From contig JAZDJQ010000006.1 of NCBI GenBank assembly GCA_043803765.1, positions 1-26,022 on the forward strand: a stretch of 26,022 bases of DNA, read 5' to 3'. A program made the position numbers and the translations under genes. Origin of the DNA: Candidatus Iainarchaeum sp. GTDB lineage: Archaea > Iainarchaeota > Iainarchaeia > Iainarchaeales > VGJJ01. Shown here one piece after another: positions 9,303-18,045 of this stretch (its first letter is position 1; each line of letters opens with the position of its first letter). The notes under the pieces were generated by a model. It searched no databases and had not been told where the DNA came from. It was given only the letters and a program-made list of their open reading frames with translations.

Positions 9303-11669
9303 ATGAGCCATTCCATAAATGCGGTGCATCGATCGCTTATACTCGTGCTGATTATTTTTTTCGTGGGTTATTTTTTTGCGACATTTCTTTCCGATGGAAT
9401 GAAAAATGGAACGATTGGACAGGTTACTTCCCCTGCGTTATCAAGAGCTCCAATACTTCATTTCGGAGAATTGGAAATGGGCACAATCCAGTATGCACAA
9501 AAAAAGGATGGCTATCTGCTCGTTGGTCAACCAAGCGATATCGAATATCCATTCATGGTTTCCATTCTGACGACTGATGAAATTAAAGGAATGGAAATCA
9601 AAGTGGATAATGCATCTCGCCCAATTGGTCTTTATTCGATTGAAAAAATGGATAATTCCCAAATCGTCACGTTCGAAGGATTTTCTTCAAATTTCGGCTG
9701 GTGGGTCCCTGAAGGAAAACACACGGTTGAAGTGACCGTTTCAACCGAGGAATATGCATACCAAAACCGGATGGAAATAGACGTGGATTATCAAACCCCC
9801 ACATTCCAACGAGAGAAAAACAACCTCACAATTACGGATCAGCGACCTATTACAAAAGTTGAAATGTTTCTCTTTGATCGAATGGGTGCGGAAGAACCGC
9901 GTTCACTTTTGGAAAAAGAGGGACATACGGATACTGTTCATGTTTCCCTAGATGAAACGGATTCATTTGTCGAAGCCGACTCCTTCCGCGTCGTTTATGC
10001 AATGGATGAAGCTGGAAATACGGGGGTATTTGTTCCAGATGACTCGCGTTCGGCAGGAGCTGTTCTTGGGGAGTATACTGAACAATGGGTGAAAAGAATA
10101 CTTGAACAGGAGTTGGAACAGATTTCCCTAGAATCAACAATGGAAAAGCCAGAATTCGGTCCGATTTTTGTCGTGAGTAGCACGGATCGAATACAAGGTT
10201 GGACCACTCAAGATAAAACACTCAATATCAGTAGTACGATTCTTTCTTCAGAACCAATACTAAAGAAGGCGGTAAAAGACAATGGATTCACCTCTCCCGA
10301 GTATGATGCACTGCAGTTTCATAATTTCACGGTTATTTCCCCTCAGACGGCTAAAGCCGAATTCGGATTACTTGAAGTATATGACGACGATCTCAAAAGT
10401 AGGATTATTCAACTCGATCGAAGTGATGCCGCAAGCACAAGCATTTTTTTAGATAAGATGACTAAAATCCGAAACGATAATATTGAGAATGGGAAGCCTA
10501 ATTCGATTCCTATTTTCGTAGTTGATGATAGTAAATCGTTTCCCAATCCGAACGATCCAGCTCTACCTCCTCTTATTGAGGTTATGAGTTACGAAATTAT
10601 GAGGGGTCATTTGATAATTAATTACAAAACCCTTGTGGATCCGCATAACTCATGGGCATATCAGATCGGTTATGCGTCCCGAACTTTTGCTCATGAAATG
10701 GGTCACACGTATGGGCTGGGGCACTCAGGAAATCCAAACAATTTGATGCGTCAAGGTGCTTCTGGAACTCGTCTTACTTTTGACCAAAGTGCGGTCATTG
10801 CCGCCCACAGTTTATCCTCGGGTCTAAAAACCGCCCCTTTTGGTATTTGGCGGACGCATTTGGAAAAAACAAAAGGAGAGGATGTGTGCAGTAATGGGTT
10901 GTTCGACGACGGGGGGCTGCATTCGCTCATCGAAGAATGCGAGGACACCTACTCTGGGAAAGTTGATAATCCGCCTGCCATGCGCTACGCCGAAATAGAC
11001 AATTGGAAAGTTACAATCGATGGAAAAGAATATTTCTATTTGAAATATTGCCCGATCAAAATGGAAATAACCGCTGCAGGGAAAAAAGAAATCGTGAACC
11101 CGCCTGTTGCGGTTCCACAAGACTTTGATGAATTCAGCGCGATGATTGATACATATGATGAACAAGAAAACATTCCTATACTCGAATTGGCAATCCCCCC
11201 TTCCGTTGCCAATCGTGGATTAGGAATACAAGAGTGCGGGTGTTATACGATTTGTGAATATGTGTGTAAACTGGCAGACCTTCCTGATGCGGATAACGCA
11301 AAGTTTTTTTGCAGCGAATTCTGTAATGGAGACCCAGATTTTATTATCAGCAATGCAGAAAAGATAAAGGCCATTACGCCACAATTAAATAGTGCGAACG
11401 GGGAGAGTTGTGCGGCCAGCACGGATACTTTATCTAATCCAGATCCACAGAATTGGAGACCTAATGGTAATTTTGGAAACTCGAGTAATGATTTTTGTTC
11501 ACCGAAAGACGATTGCGAAGCGGTTTGGGGATATAAGAGCGACGAGCCCCTTGAATGTGATTTTGCCAGATGCCTATGCATACCAAAGGGTGGTGGAAGT
11601 CCACCTATAGGGGGTGGCTCTGGCGGTGGAGCGGGTAGTGGAAGCGGATCGGGCACGAAATCTGATTAA
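9303..11669 (+). CDS. Secreted/membrane-anchored metzincin-like zinc metalloprotease with Cys-rich C-terminal region
   Basis: N-terminal hydrophobic anchor and beta-rich Ig-like region. HEMGHTYGLGH (HExxHxxGxxH, 10692-10724) followed by the NNLM Met-turn. Many C-terminal Cys and a Gly/Ser tail. Confidence 0.85.
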   Translation: MSHSINAVHRSLILVLIIFFVGYFFATFLSDGMKNGTIGQVTSPALSRAPILHFGELEMGTIQYAQKKDGYLLVGQPSDIEYPFMVSILTTDEIKGMEIKVDNASRPIGLYSIEKMDNSQIVTFEGFSSNFGWWVPEGKHTVEVTVSTEEYAYQNRMEIDVDYQTPTFQREKNNLTITDQRPITKVEMFLFDRMGAEEPRSLLEKEGHTDTVHVSLDETDSFVEADSFRVVYAMDEAGNTGVFVPDDSRSAGAVLGEYTEQWVKRILEQELEQISLESTMEKPEFGPIFVVSSTDRIQGWTTQDKTLNISSTILSSEPILKKAVKDNGFTSPEYDALQFHNFTVISPQTAKAEFGLLEVYDDDLKSRIIQLDRSDAASTSIFLDKMTKIRNDNIENGKPNSIPIFVVDDSKSFPNPNDPALPPLIEVMSYEIMRGHLIINYKTLVDPHNSWAYQIGYASRTFAHEMGHTYGLGHSGNPNNLMRQGASGTRLTFDQSAVIAAHSLSSGLKTAPFGIWRTHLEKTKGEDVCSNGLFDDGGLHSLIEECEDTYSGKVDNPPAMRYAEIDNWKVTIDGKEYFYLKYCPIKMEITAAGKKEIVNPPVAVPQDFDEFSAMIDTYDEQENIPILELAIPPSVANRGLGIQECGCYTICEYVCKLADLPDADNAKFFCSEFCNGDPDFIISNAEKIKAITPQLNSANGESCAASTDTLSNPDPQNWRPNGNFGNSSNDFCSPKDDCEAVWGYKSDEPLECDFARCLCIPKGGGSPPIGGGSGGGAGSGSGSGTKSD

Positions 11670-11692
11670 AAAAAAAAGAAACGAATAACCGG

Positions 11693-12286
11693 TCATTTCC
11701 AAGCAGGACGGTAAATGGACTGCACAAAAAAATCTTTGACATTGAAGTCAAATACGAGCCACTGAGAATTCTTTTTATTGTGGGACTTGTCTAGCAATGC
11801 ATAACGAAATTTCCCAGAAGAATTATACATTACAAAAATGGGTCTTGGTTTTGAACGAATGGATGTTTGGCAGGATTGCAACTCAATCAAGTCACCCGAT
11901 GCAACAACATATTTCCAATCAAAACCTGATTTGGAAGACCACACCCTGTTGAACGTTAGTTTGGTTTCAGGTGGTACGTCACGATAATAGTGGCGCAACA
12001 TTTTTTTCACATGCCTAGAAAAAGGAACCCATTTTTTGGATATCGAATCCCGCAGCACCTTCTTGCGCGCGATGGAAGGCTGCCGTTGTGATTCTTCCTT
12101 CTTCATGGAATCGGGGAGAGGGATTGCTGAATGAGAAGTGGAGTTATTTCTAGTAATAGAAGGAGAAGGAAGAACAATGGGGTGATTGTCTCGTGTCGCT
12201 AAATAGGTGGATCCCGCTATAATCCCTGCTCCTGCCGCAAAGGCCAGTTTGCGGATAAGTCTACGACGACGAGAATGTATCGACAT
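11693..12286 (-). CDS. Basic membrane-anchored hypothetical protein (paralog of 14191..14865)
   Basis: MSIHSRRRRLIRKLAFAAGAGIIAGS leader, Pro/Ser linker and a shared C-terminal domain. Start revised from 12370 (upstream part is the repeat array; TATA lies about 25 bp before 12286). Confidence 0.75.
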   Translation of the reverse strand: MSIHSRRRRLIRKLAFAAGAGIIAGSTYLATRDNHPIVLPSPSITRNNSTSHSAIPLPDSMKKEESQRQPSIARKKVLRDSISKKWVPFSRHVKKMLRHYYRDVPPETKLTFNRVWSSKSGFDWKYVVASGDLIELQSCQTSIRSKPRPIFVMYNSSGKFRYALLDKSHNKKNSQWLVFDFNVKDFFVQSIYRPAWK

Positions 12287-12332
12287 GCTACCCAAAACCA
12301 AACAAAGAATAAAATAACCACCTACCTCCAGA

Positions 12333-12503
12333 GGCTTTTCGCGAAGCAAAAAGGGCCGCTGCAACAGCAATTTTTCCCGTGGTTTTTGCGATGAGCAAAA
12401 AGGCCGCTGTGGAACGACTTTTTCCCCCGGGCTTTTGCATTAAGCAAAAAGGCCGTTGCAAAGCAAATTTTCCCCCGGGCTTTTTCCAAGAGGAAAAAGG
12501 GCT
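12333..12503. repeat. Tandem array of about 3.5 x 48-49 bp imperfect repeats, each with a hairpin (REP-like)
   Basis: Units start at 12333, 12381, 12430 and 12478. Consensus GG(C/T)TTTTGC-N4-5-GCAAAAAGGCCGCTGCAA...TTTTCCC. Confidence 0.85.
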
Positions 12504-12508
12504 GTGAT

Positions 12509-12946
12509 TCAGGATGAAAGCTCTTCTATTCGTTGCCGAATATGCTTTCGCTCGGCTTCAAGAAGACGACGGAAAGCGATACGATGATTGGATTGGGATA
12601 GAAGCGTTCCATTATTCAATAATCCTGTTGACTCGGCTTGTTTGATAATATTATTTGCTCCCAATGTGTTTCTGCTGAAGGCTATGAGTTTTTGTTTGTG
12701 TGGAATACCGGGATCATTTAATACGGCTAGGCGTGCACGGTAAATGCGCAACCATCCCGCATTATCCCCGTGCGTAGGAATGAGTTTTTTGTGAACAGCA
12801 AGGTATTGCAAGAATTTCAGTGAACTTTTTCTTTTCACGGCCACGAATCGGCGGAGCGTTTTAAGGGGTCGCCTCATTGCAAACCCTGTGGACCGAATCC
12901 CTCGAGTGAAAGCCTTTCTTATTTTTCGTACGCGTTTCTGGGACAT
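12509..12946 (-). CDS. Hypothetical Arg/Lys-rich protein
   Basis: MSQKRVRKIRKAFTRGIRSTGFAMRRPLKTLRRF. TATA box TTTTATA about 25 bp upstream. Confidence 0.7.
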   Translation of the reverse strand: MSQKRVRKIRKAFTRGIRSTGFAMRRPLKTLRRFVAVKRKSSLKFLQYLAVHKKLIPTHGDNAGWLRIYRARLAVLNDPGIPHKQKLIAFSRNTLGANNIIKQAESTGLLNNGTLLSQSNHRIAFRRLLEAERKHIRQRIEELSS

Positions 12947-13139
12947 TCCAAGAGAAGAAAATAAGTGGAATATAAAAGGATTTCATCAGCCTTGGCTTTG
13001 CCAATAAAATGGATTAAAAAAAAAATAATCAAACGCGGTATTGGGCAATATCTTTGTTTTGGTTCTTTTTCTCATCCTTTGCAGACAAAGCCTCCAATAA
13101 ACCAAAAAGTATTTTAAGCACATTAAAGCAAGTGTCCAA

Positions 13140-13793
13140 ATGCCTCGCCACCATTTTGCCATGGCCCCGTTGATTTTGTTGCTTCTCTTGGCGGCGGTTG
13201 TCTACGTTTCTACTGATTATAGCACGCCAACAGGGGGTGTTGCCACCACTTCAACGAAAGGGAGTGCCAATAAACAGGCAGAACCGGAAATAGTTAACGA
13301 ATTCTGGAAATTTTCGAATAGTGTGAAAACCGTGAATATGGACGTCACCGTGGAAAAGATTTGCGGTGGAAAAATTGATGACAAAGATAAACACGAAGCT
13401 GTGTTGACTCCAGAGGAAGGTACTGAAAACAAGGAAGGAACCATTGAGATGGATGTTGATGGGTGGTTTGATGACGCAGAAGGAGATTATACTGCTGAAA
13501 AAAATGATGAGGATGGAAGCGTGAAGGTCAAGGCAAATTGTGGTACCAATGAAGAGGAAAACAATGCAATGGATTCCGACATAACCATCCAGCCAGACGG
13601 GTCGTATAGCGCGTCTAACACGGAATATGAAGACGGTTCGGAGACGACGACAACAGTGCCTGGAAACGTTACTGGAAGTGGAACAGAAGAAGATCCATAC
13701 ACGATTACTATTACAAAAGATGAAGGGAAAAATGATGCTGGGGAGGAGTGTTCCGAAGTCATCATCATTACTTATTCATTCGAATACGAATGA
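13140..13793 (+). CDS. Secreted/anchored acidic beta-rich hypothetical protein
   Basis: Signal/anchor PLILLLLLAAVVYV, then a D/E/T-rich body. A paralogous fragment sits at about 17180-17350. Confidence 0.8.
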   Translation: MPRHHFAMAPLILLLLLAAVVYVSTDYSTPTGGVATTSTKGSANKQAEPEIVNEFWKFSNSVKTVNMDVTVEKICGGKIDDKDKHEAVLTPEEGTENKEGTIEMDVDGWFDDAEGDYTAEKNDEDGSVKVKANCGTNEEENNAMDSDITIQPDGSYSASNTEYEDGSETTTTVPGNVTGSGTEEDPYTITITKDEGKNDAGEECSEVIIITYSFEYE

Positions 13794-13887
13794 CAAGCAG
13801 AGAGAAAACGAAATTTAAAAACAAAGCAAAGAACAATAAAGGAAATAGGGTTGTTTTTGTTCATAAATGAAAAATGGAGGATAACGA

Positions 13888-14121
13888 GTGTATTCAAAAG
13901 AAACCGAGAACACGGATTTGAAAAAGGCAAGGCAGAGTCTTATTGAGGAATTAGAGGCGATTAATTGGTATGAGACTCGGATTGAGAACGCGAAAAAAGC
14001 GGATTTGAAGAAAATTCTTGAACATAATAGGGATGAGGAGAAGGAGCATGCGGCCATGCTGATGGAGTGGATTAGGAAAAACGATGCAGAGCAGAACAGG
14101 GTATTCAAGGAACACGATTAG
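13888..14121 (+). CDS. Encapsulin-associated-type ferritin-like protein (EncFtn/Flp family)
   Basis: SLIEELEAINWYE...ILEHNRDEEKEHAAMLMEWIRKND closely matches the EncFtn ferroxidase signature. GTG start with GGAGG at 13876-13880. Confidence 0.88.
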   Translation: MYSKETENTDLKKARQSLIEELEAINWYETRIENAKKADLKKILEHNRDEEKEHAAMLMEWIRKNDAEQNRVFKEHD

Positions 14122-14190
14122 GAATATCCTCACTCTTTTCATTGTAAGGCAGTACTATTTTTTTGCCTTTTTTTTCATCGCGCAGGGAAA

Positions 14191-14865
14191 TCATCTATTG
14201 GTTTTCCAGTCCGGTCGGAAAACACGATACACGCAGTAGTCGGGCTTTTCTCCATGATGAGTATTGAATGCTTTTTTGGGATGATGCCGAGGACGTTGGA
14301 CGTGGGTTGTTATTCCGCTTCCTCCTCGGTAAATGATGAATACGCGAGATTCTTTTCCTGCATGACGGGGATCGCCTGACCTCATTTCAATCAGGTCTCC
14401 TCTCTCTACTATTTTTTTCCATTCTGTTCCTCCGCTCTTTTGATTCCATTGCAGGGTGAAAGACAGCTTTCCTTTGATGGATGGGTTCATCCAAGAAGGA
14501 TAATATCGAGCATAGTAGTGTTCCCAAAAGAATGATTGCAAACGTTGGGTAGGGTGCCAGCGTTTCACTTTTTTTTCGAACAACGTTTTTCCATGAGTAG
14601 GTAAAGTAGGGGTGGAAGATAGCGAAGAATGCGATGCAGAAGCTAATGGGGAAACCCTCACCGATGGAAAAGTTTTTGGAAAAGGTCTGGCAGTAGAAGC
14701 CCGTGCAGAATAAGTAGGAGGAAGACGGGATGCTGGAGGAGAATGAAATAGTCCTATTCCTGCTGCGGTTGCCAATCCCGCTAATCCCAGTCCGGCGATG
14801 GTCATACGTAATCGTTGAATGCGGGTCCATCTTCGGTGAGGAGCATTTATTTTTCTCATCATCAT
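14191..14865 (-). CDS. Basic membrane-anchored hypothetical protein (paralog of 11693..12286)
   Basis: MRKINAPHRRWTRIQRLRMTIAGLGLAGLATAAGIG leader, Pro/Ser linker, WNQKSGGTEWKKIVERGDLIEM...FRPDWK. Confidence 0.75.
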   Translation of the reverse strand: MMMRKINAPHRRWTRIQRLRMTIAGLGLAGLATAAGIGLFHSPPASRLPPTYSARASTARPFPKTFPSVRVSPLASASHSSLSSTPTLPTHGKTLFEKKVKRWHPTQRLQSFFWEHYYARYYPSWMNPSIKGKLSFTLQWNQKSGGTEWKKIVERGDLIEMRSGDPRHAGKESRVFIIYRGGSGITTHVQRPRHHPKKAFNTHHGEKPDYCVYRVFRPDWKTNR

Positions 14866-14943
14866 GCGAACACAGCCCCTTTTTTTAATCAAATCCTTTG
14901 GCAATGGGAAAGAATCTTTTGGCAAAAGAAGAATTTTCTTTAT

Positions 14944-16788
14944 TTATCCTTTTACGAATTGCACGTTTCGTCGTACCAAGTCGCGGTTAAGAAAATTATT
15001 AGTGTCCCTGAAAAGAGTGTAATACATTTGTCCGGATGCATCGCTTTGTTCTAAATTTACCGTGGAATCCTGAGGATCGATAAGGGAAGGATAGGCGATG
15101 CTTCCTTCATAATCCCCAATGAGGCAGTTGCTGTTTGCCAGTTCGTGTTCCAGCAGGAGATGAGGTTGGGACCAATTGATGAGGTCAGGGGAAAGACTAG
15201 AGTAGATTCCACACGTGAAACCTCCTCCTTGTTTTGGAAAAACACCCATTCCGGTTAGAAGATAACGGCCAAAGTACGTGTTGTATGTTAGGCTGTCGGG
15301 AGAAATAGGAAAAAGATTGGGACTTAACGAAGCACAGGCTTCCTTTTCAGTGGGTTGAGGAATTCCGGGCAATCCATTGGAATAATCATAGGGAGGATAC
15401 ATAGTAAGGTTGAATCCCTTTCCATCCCATGCTCTCCATGACAAGGGATTGCCGATGTCGGAAGTGCGCATCACACACAATCCTGAACCCATGAACCCGT
15501 TGAATGAAGGGTCTTTTTGAAAAATAGAATAATAATACTCTTCCTTCTTCACGATGTTCGTTGGAGAAAAATAACCATACGTGTATTGGAGGGGGCCTCC
15601 CACTTTGGAAGCATCCCATGGATCCGGCATGGCGGCCACCATGTGGTGGGGAGAAGCAGGCAGGGTGAATGTCTTTCCGTTATCATCCGAATACGCATAC
15701 CCTATTCCTTTGTACATGCAGTTGGAAAATTTTAGTCCGGGCAGACATACTTCTTTGTTTCCTTCCAAATCGTGGACTTCAATATGAATCAATGCGTGGA
15801 TGCGGGATCCTTCCCGGTACATAGAGTATATCCAATAATAATCATTGAACGCAGTCATGTCTTGCTGATGAGGGGATACCAGTGCGGGGTGATTGCAAGA
15901 ATGCGTCAGGTGGTCCAAATCACTCCCGACTAGGGGATAGTTCCCTCGGTCATTCCCTGCAATCAGATAGATGGATTGGTCGGGCAACCGTATGGCGCGA
16001 GCGCCCCCGTCCGGAATATCTATTTCAGAACAAGTCCCATTCGTAGTGGAATCCCAGTCAAAAATAGTTTGGACTTCCCCGAAAAAAGCGGAATAGTTTT
16101 CCATTTTAGTCGTAGCGGATTTGATTGGAGTGATGGTGCAATTGGATGGATTTTCTTTATCGCATGCCCGTAGACGAAAAGCGAATGTCGTGTGATTAGG
16201 AACGTTCCCAATACGGAGAAAACCAGGAGAAGGAATGAATACATAACCTAATAGAGAGTATCCCATGTCTTCCCCCGCGTCCAATGGAATGATCGCCGTA
16301 TTCAAGGGGGGAGTGTCAAAGTCCTCTGAAACCATTTCTTTCAATAGAGAAGGAGCAAGGGAACCAATCAGAGTGTAATTCATTTCCTGGCTTAGAGTCT
16401 TGGGGTTGACTCCAATATAATGAAGAAGGAACATTCCGTCCTGTCCCTCTACCGTGAAAAGGACTTGCGGGGGAACTGTTTCTGTCTCAACTTCATCATC
16501 GGGGGGAATCACATCCGGAATTTCATTTTCGTCCGGGGGGATAATATCCGGTGGAATAGTATCATCCATTGGTTCATCCGGTGTTCCTGTATTCTCATCC
16601 TCCCCATTAGTGTTTTCGTCCTCCGTCCCATTATCGGGAACATAAGGACCCGGGTCGGGGTTTGAAGGAGGAGGATTGAAGTCAGGGAACTGCACACAAC
16701 CAATGAAAAGGAAAAGGAAAATAAGAAGAACGACCCATCCCTTGTTCCATCTTCTATCATTCGATTGGACACTTGAAAAAGAATGCAT
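14944..16788 (-). CDS. Lipoprotein-like surface protein with acidic Pro-rich linker and glycoside-hydrolase-like beta-propeller
   Basis: VVLLIFLFLFIGC lipobox-like end, P/D/E linker, FN3-like TFAFRLRACD strand, Asp-box YSDDNGKTF, and SPDLINWS (GH32/43-type blade motif). Start revised from 17115 (upstream part is antisense to the 16864 ORF; TATA about 25 bp before 16788). Confidence 0.7.
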   Translation of the reverse strand: MHSFSSVQSNDRRWNKGWVVLLIFLFLFIGCVQFPDFNPPPSNPDPGPYVPDNGTEDENTNGEDENTGTPDEPMDDTIPPDIIPPDENEIPDVIPPDDEVETETVPPQVLFTVEGQDGMFLLHYIGVNPKTLSQEMNYTLIGSLAPSLLKEMVSEDFDTPPLNTAIIPLDAGEDMGYSLLGYVFIPSPGFLRIGNVPNHTTFAFRLRACDKENPSNCTITPIKSATTKMENYSAFFGEVQTIFDWDSTTNGTCSEIDIPDGGARAIRLPDQSIYLIAGNDRGNYPLVGSDLDHLTHSCNHPALVSPHQQDMTAFNDYYWIYSMYREGSRIHALIHIEVHDLEGNKEVCLPGLKFSNCMYKGIGYAYSDDNGKTFTLPASPHHMVAAMPDPWDASKVGGPLQYTYGYFSPTNIVKKEEYYYSIFQKDPSFNGFMGSGLCVMRTSDIGNPLSWRAWDGKGFNLTMYPPYDYSNGLPGIPQPTEKEACASLSPNLFPISPDSLTYNTYFGRYLLTGMGVFPKQGGGFTCGIYSSLSPDLINWSQPHLLLEHELANSNCLIGDYEGSIAYPSLIDPQDSTVNLEQSDASGQMYYTLFRDTNNFLNRDLVRRNVQFVKG

Positions 16789-16863
16789 GGAAAACAAAGA
16801 GTGTTTTCGCTTAAAAACAACAATCATGGAAAAGGCTAATAAGACGCGTCTTGTGTGAAAAGA

Positions 16864-17430
16864 ATGGTTCCCCCTAAAAGAAGTAGATTTTGGAATTGGA
16901 TTCGTTCCTTTCGCTTGAAAAGGAAACCCTCTTTCAGGGGAATTGATCCTGAATCCCAGAAAATAACCATCCGAAACAGACGCGCTGAGGAAATTCTTGA
17001 AAAACCTATCTGGCCGCTTCCTCTCCGTCCCGAGGCAATGGAGTTGAGGAGAAGAATATGGAATGGAATTGAAACGAATACTCCGCCAAGGATGGTGATG
17101 AGCTGGCTGATTCAATTCTATAAAGAAATGAGAGAAACATTGAAACTCAAAATAAGGGAACGAAAAGAGATTCTGCAGAGTACTGAAAGAGGGGAAGTGG
17201 ACGGTCCCGGTATTTTCGGTGTCGGTGTTGAGGGAGAATATACTGCTGAGACGAAGGATGACGGGAGTGTAGAAATCAAAATAAAAACAAGGGATAATGA
17301 TGCGAAGGACAATGTAATGGATGTAACGTTAACAATCGATCCCGAGGGAAACGCCCTCTCACTCACCGTTTCCGCGACCGCAGGCGACGCCATGCCATTC
17401 GCCTTCTTTCCAACTTTGGAAACTGACTGA
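16864..17430 (+). CDS. Chimeric ORF: Arg-rich N-terminal half fused to a fragment paralogous to the 13140 acidic protein
   Basis: MVPPKRSRFWNWIRSFRLKRK... switches abruptly at about 17180 to acidic EGEYTAETKDDGSVEIK...DNVMDVTLTIDPEG. The last 68 bp overlap the convergent gene. Confidence 0.6.
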   Translation: MVPPKRSRFWNWIRSFRLKRKPSFRGIDPESQKITIRNRRAEEILEKPIWPLPLRPEAMELRRRIWNGIETNTPPRMVMSWLIQFYKEMRETLKLKIRERKEILQSTERGEVDGPGIFGVGVEGEYTAETKDDGSVEIKIKTRDNDAKDNVMDVTLTIDPEGNALSLTVSATAGDAMPFAFFPTLETD

Positions 17431-17656
17431 ATAATTCGGTGCGAGTGGGAAGACGATAACCACCCTGCCGCGGGACAAGCGCAAAACTGGCAATATAATT
17501 ACTCACCTTTCTAAGATCGACTGAAGAAATAACTCCGGTATCGTAGTATCGTCTTCGAATTCGTTCAATCAATTCTCTCGCCCCCAACAGCACTCGATGA
17601 CGGGTTCCCTCCCTGTATAGTTTGCGCGAAAAAATATTAGATGAAGAATCAGCCAT
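17363..17656 (-). CDS. Hypothetical Arg-rich protein
   Basis: MADSSSNIFSRK...ERRRMAWRRLRSRKR. TATA box TTTTATA about 22-29 bp before ATG 17656. Confidence 0.65.
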   Translation of the reverse strand: MADSSSNIFSRKLYREGTRHRVLLGARELIERIRRRYYDTGVISSVDLRKVSNYIASFALVPRQGGYRLPTRTELFSQFPKLERRRMAWRRLRSRKR

Positions 17657-17790
17657 TCCTTTACAATCAATGGGAAGTATAAAAGCAATATAGTAAATCA
17701 AGGGATACAAAAAGTTTTAGAAAAAGTAAAACTATTTTTTACATAGGTATTTAATTCTGTAAGTAAGTATAATGAGTTATAGGTGATTAT

Positions 17791-18045
17791 ATGATAGAGA
17801 GTGGAACCAGCACCATTGCAGTAGACAAAGCATTGAAACATGATTTGGATTCATTTAAGGATCATCCGCGCGAAAGCTATGCGCAAGTAATTCGAAAGCT
17901 CGTATACATCGTTAAAGAAAAAGAGGATGAGTCGAAAATGGAATTAAGCGAAGAGACATTGAAAAAAATTGAGATAGGTAGAAAAGACATCCGGGAAGGA
18001 CGCGTGTATACGACCGAACAGCTTCGGAAAAAACTGGGAATCTGA
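17791..18045 (+). CDS. Antitoxin (RHH-like N-terminus) of a RelE-family TA pair
   Basis: STIAVDKALKHDLDSFK...ESYAQVIRKL and DIREGRVYTTEQL. SD-like AGGTGA upstream. Abuts the RelE gene. Confidence 0.8.
   Translation: MIESGTSTIAVDKALKHDLDSFKDHPRESYAQVIRKLVYIVKEKEDESKMELSEETLKKIEIGRKDIREGRVYTTEQLRKKLGI

Noticed and set aside
12333-12503. CRISPR mini-array
   Set aside because: Inter-hairpin segments are similar to each other rather than unique spacers, the period is only 48-49 bp, repeats are not identical, and no cas1/cas2 is present.
16789-17115. N-terminal 109 aa of the 723 aa ORF
   Set aside because: It precedes an obvious signal peptide, overlaps the opposite-strand 16864 ORF, and divergent TATA boxes lie at about 16811-16844.
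17180-17350. DGR template/variable repeat pair with about 13420-13600
   Set aside because: Differences affect all four bases, include indels and many synonymous sites, and no reverse transcriptase is in the window.
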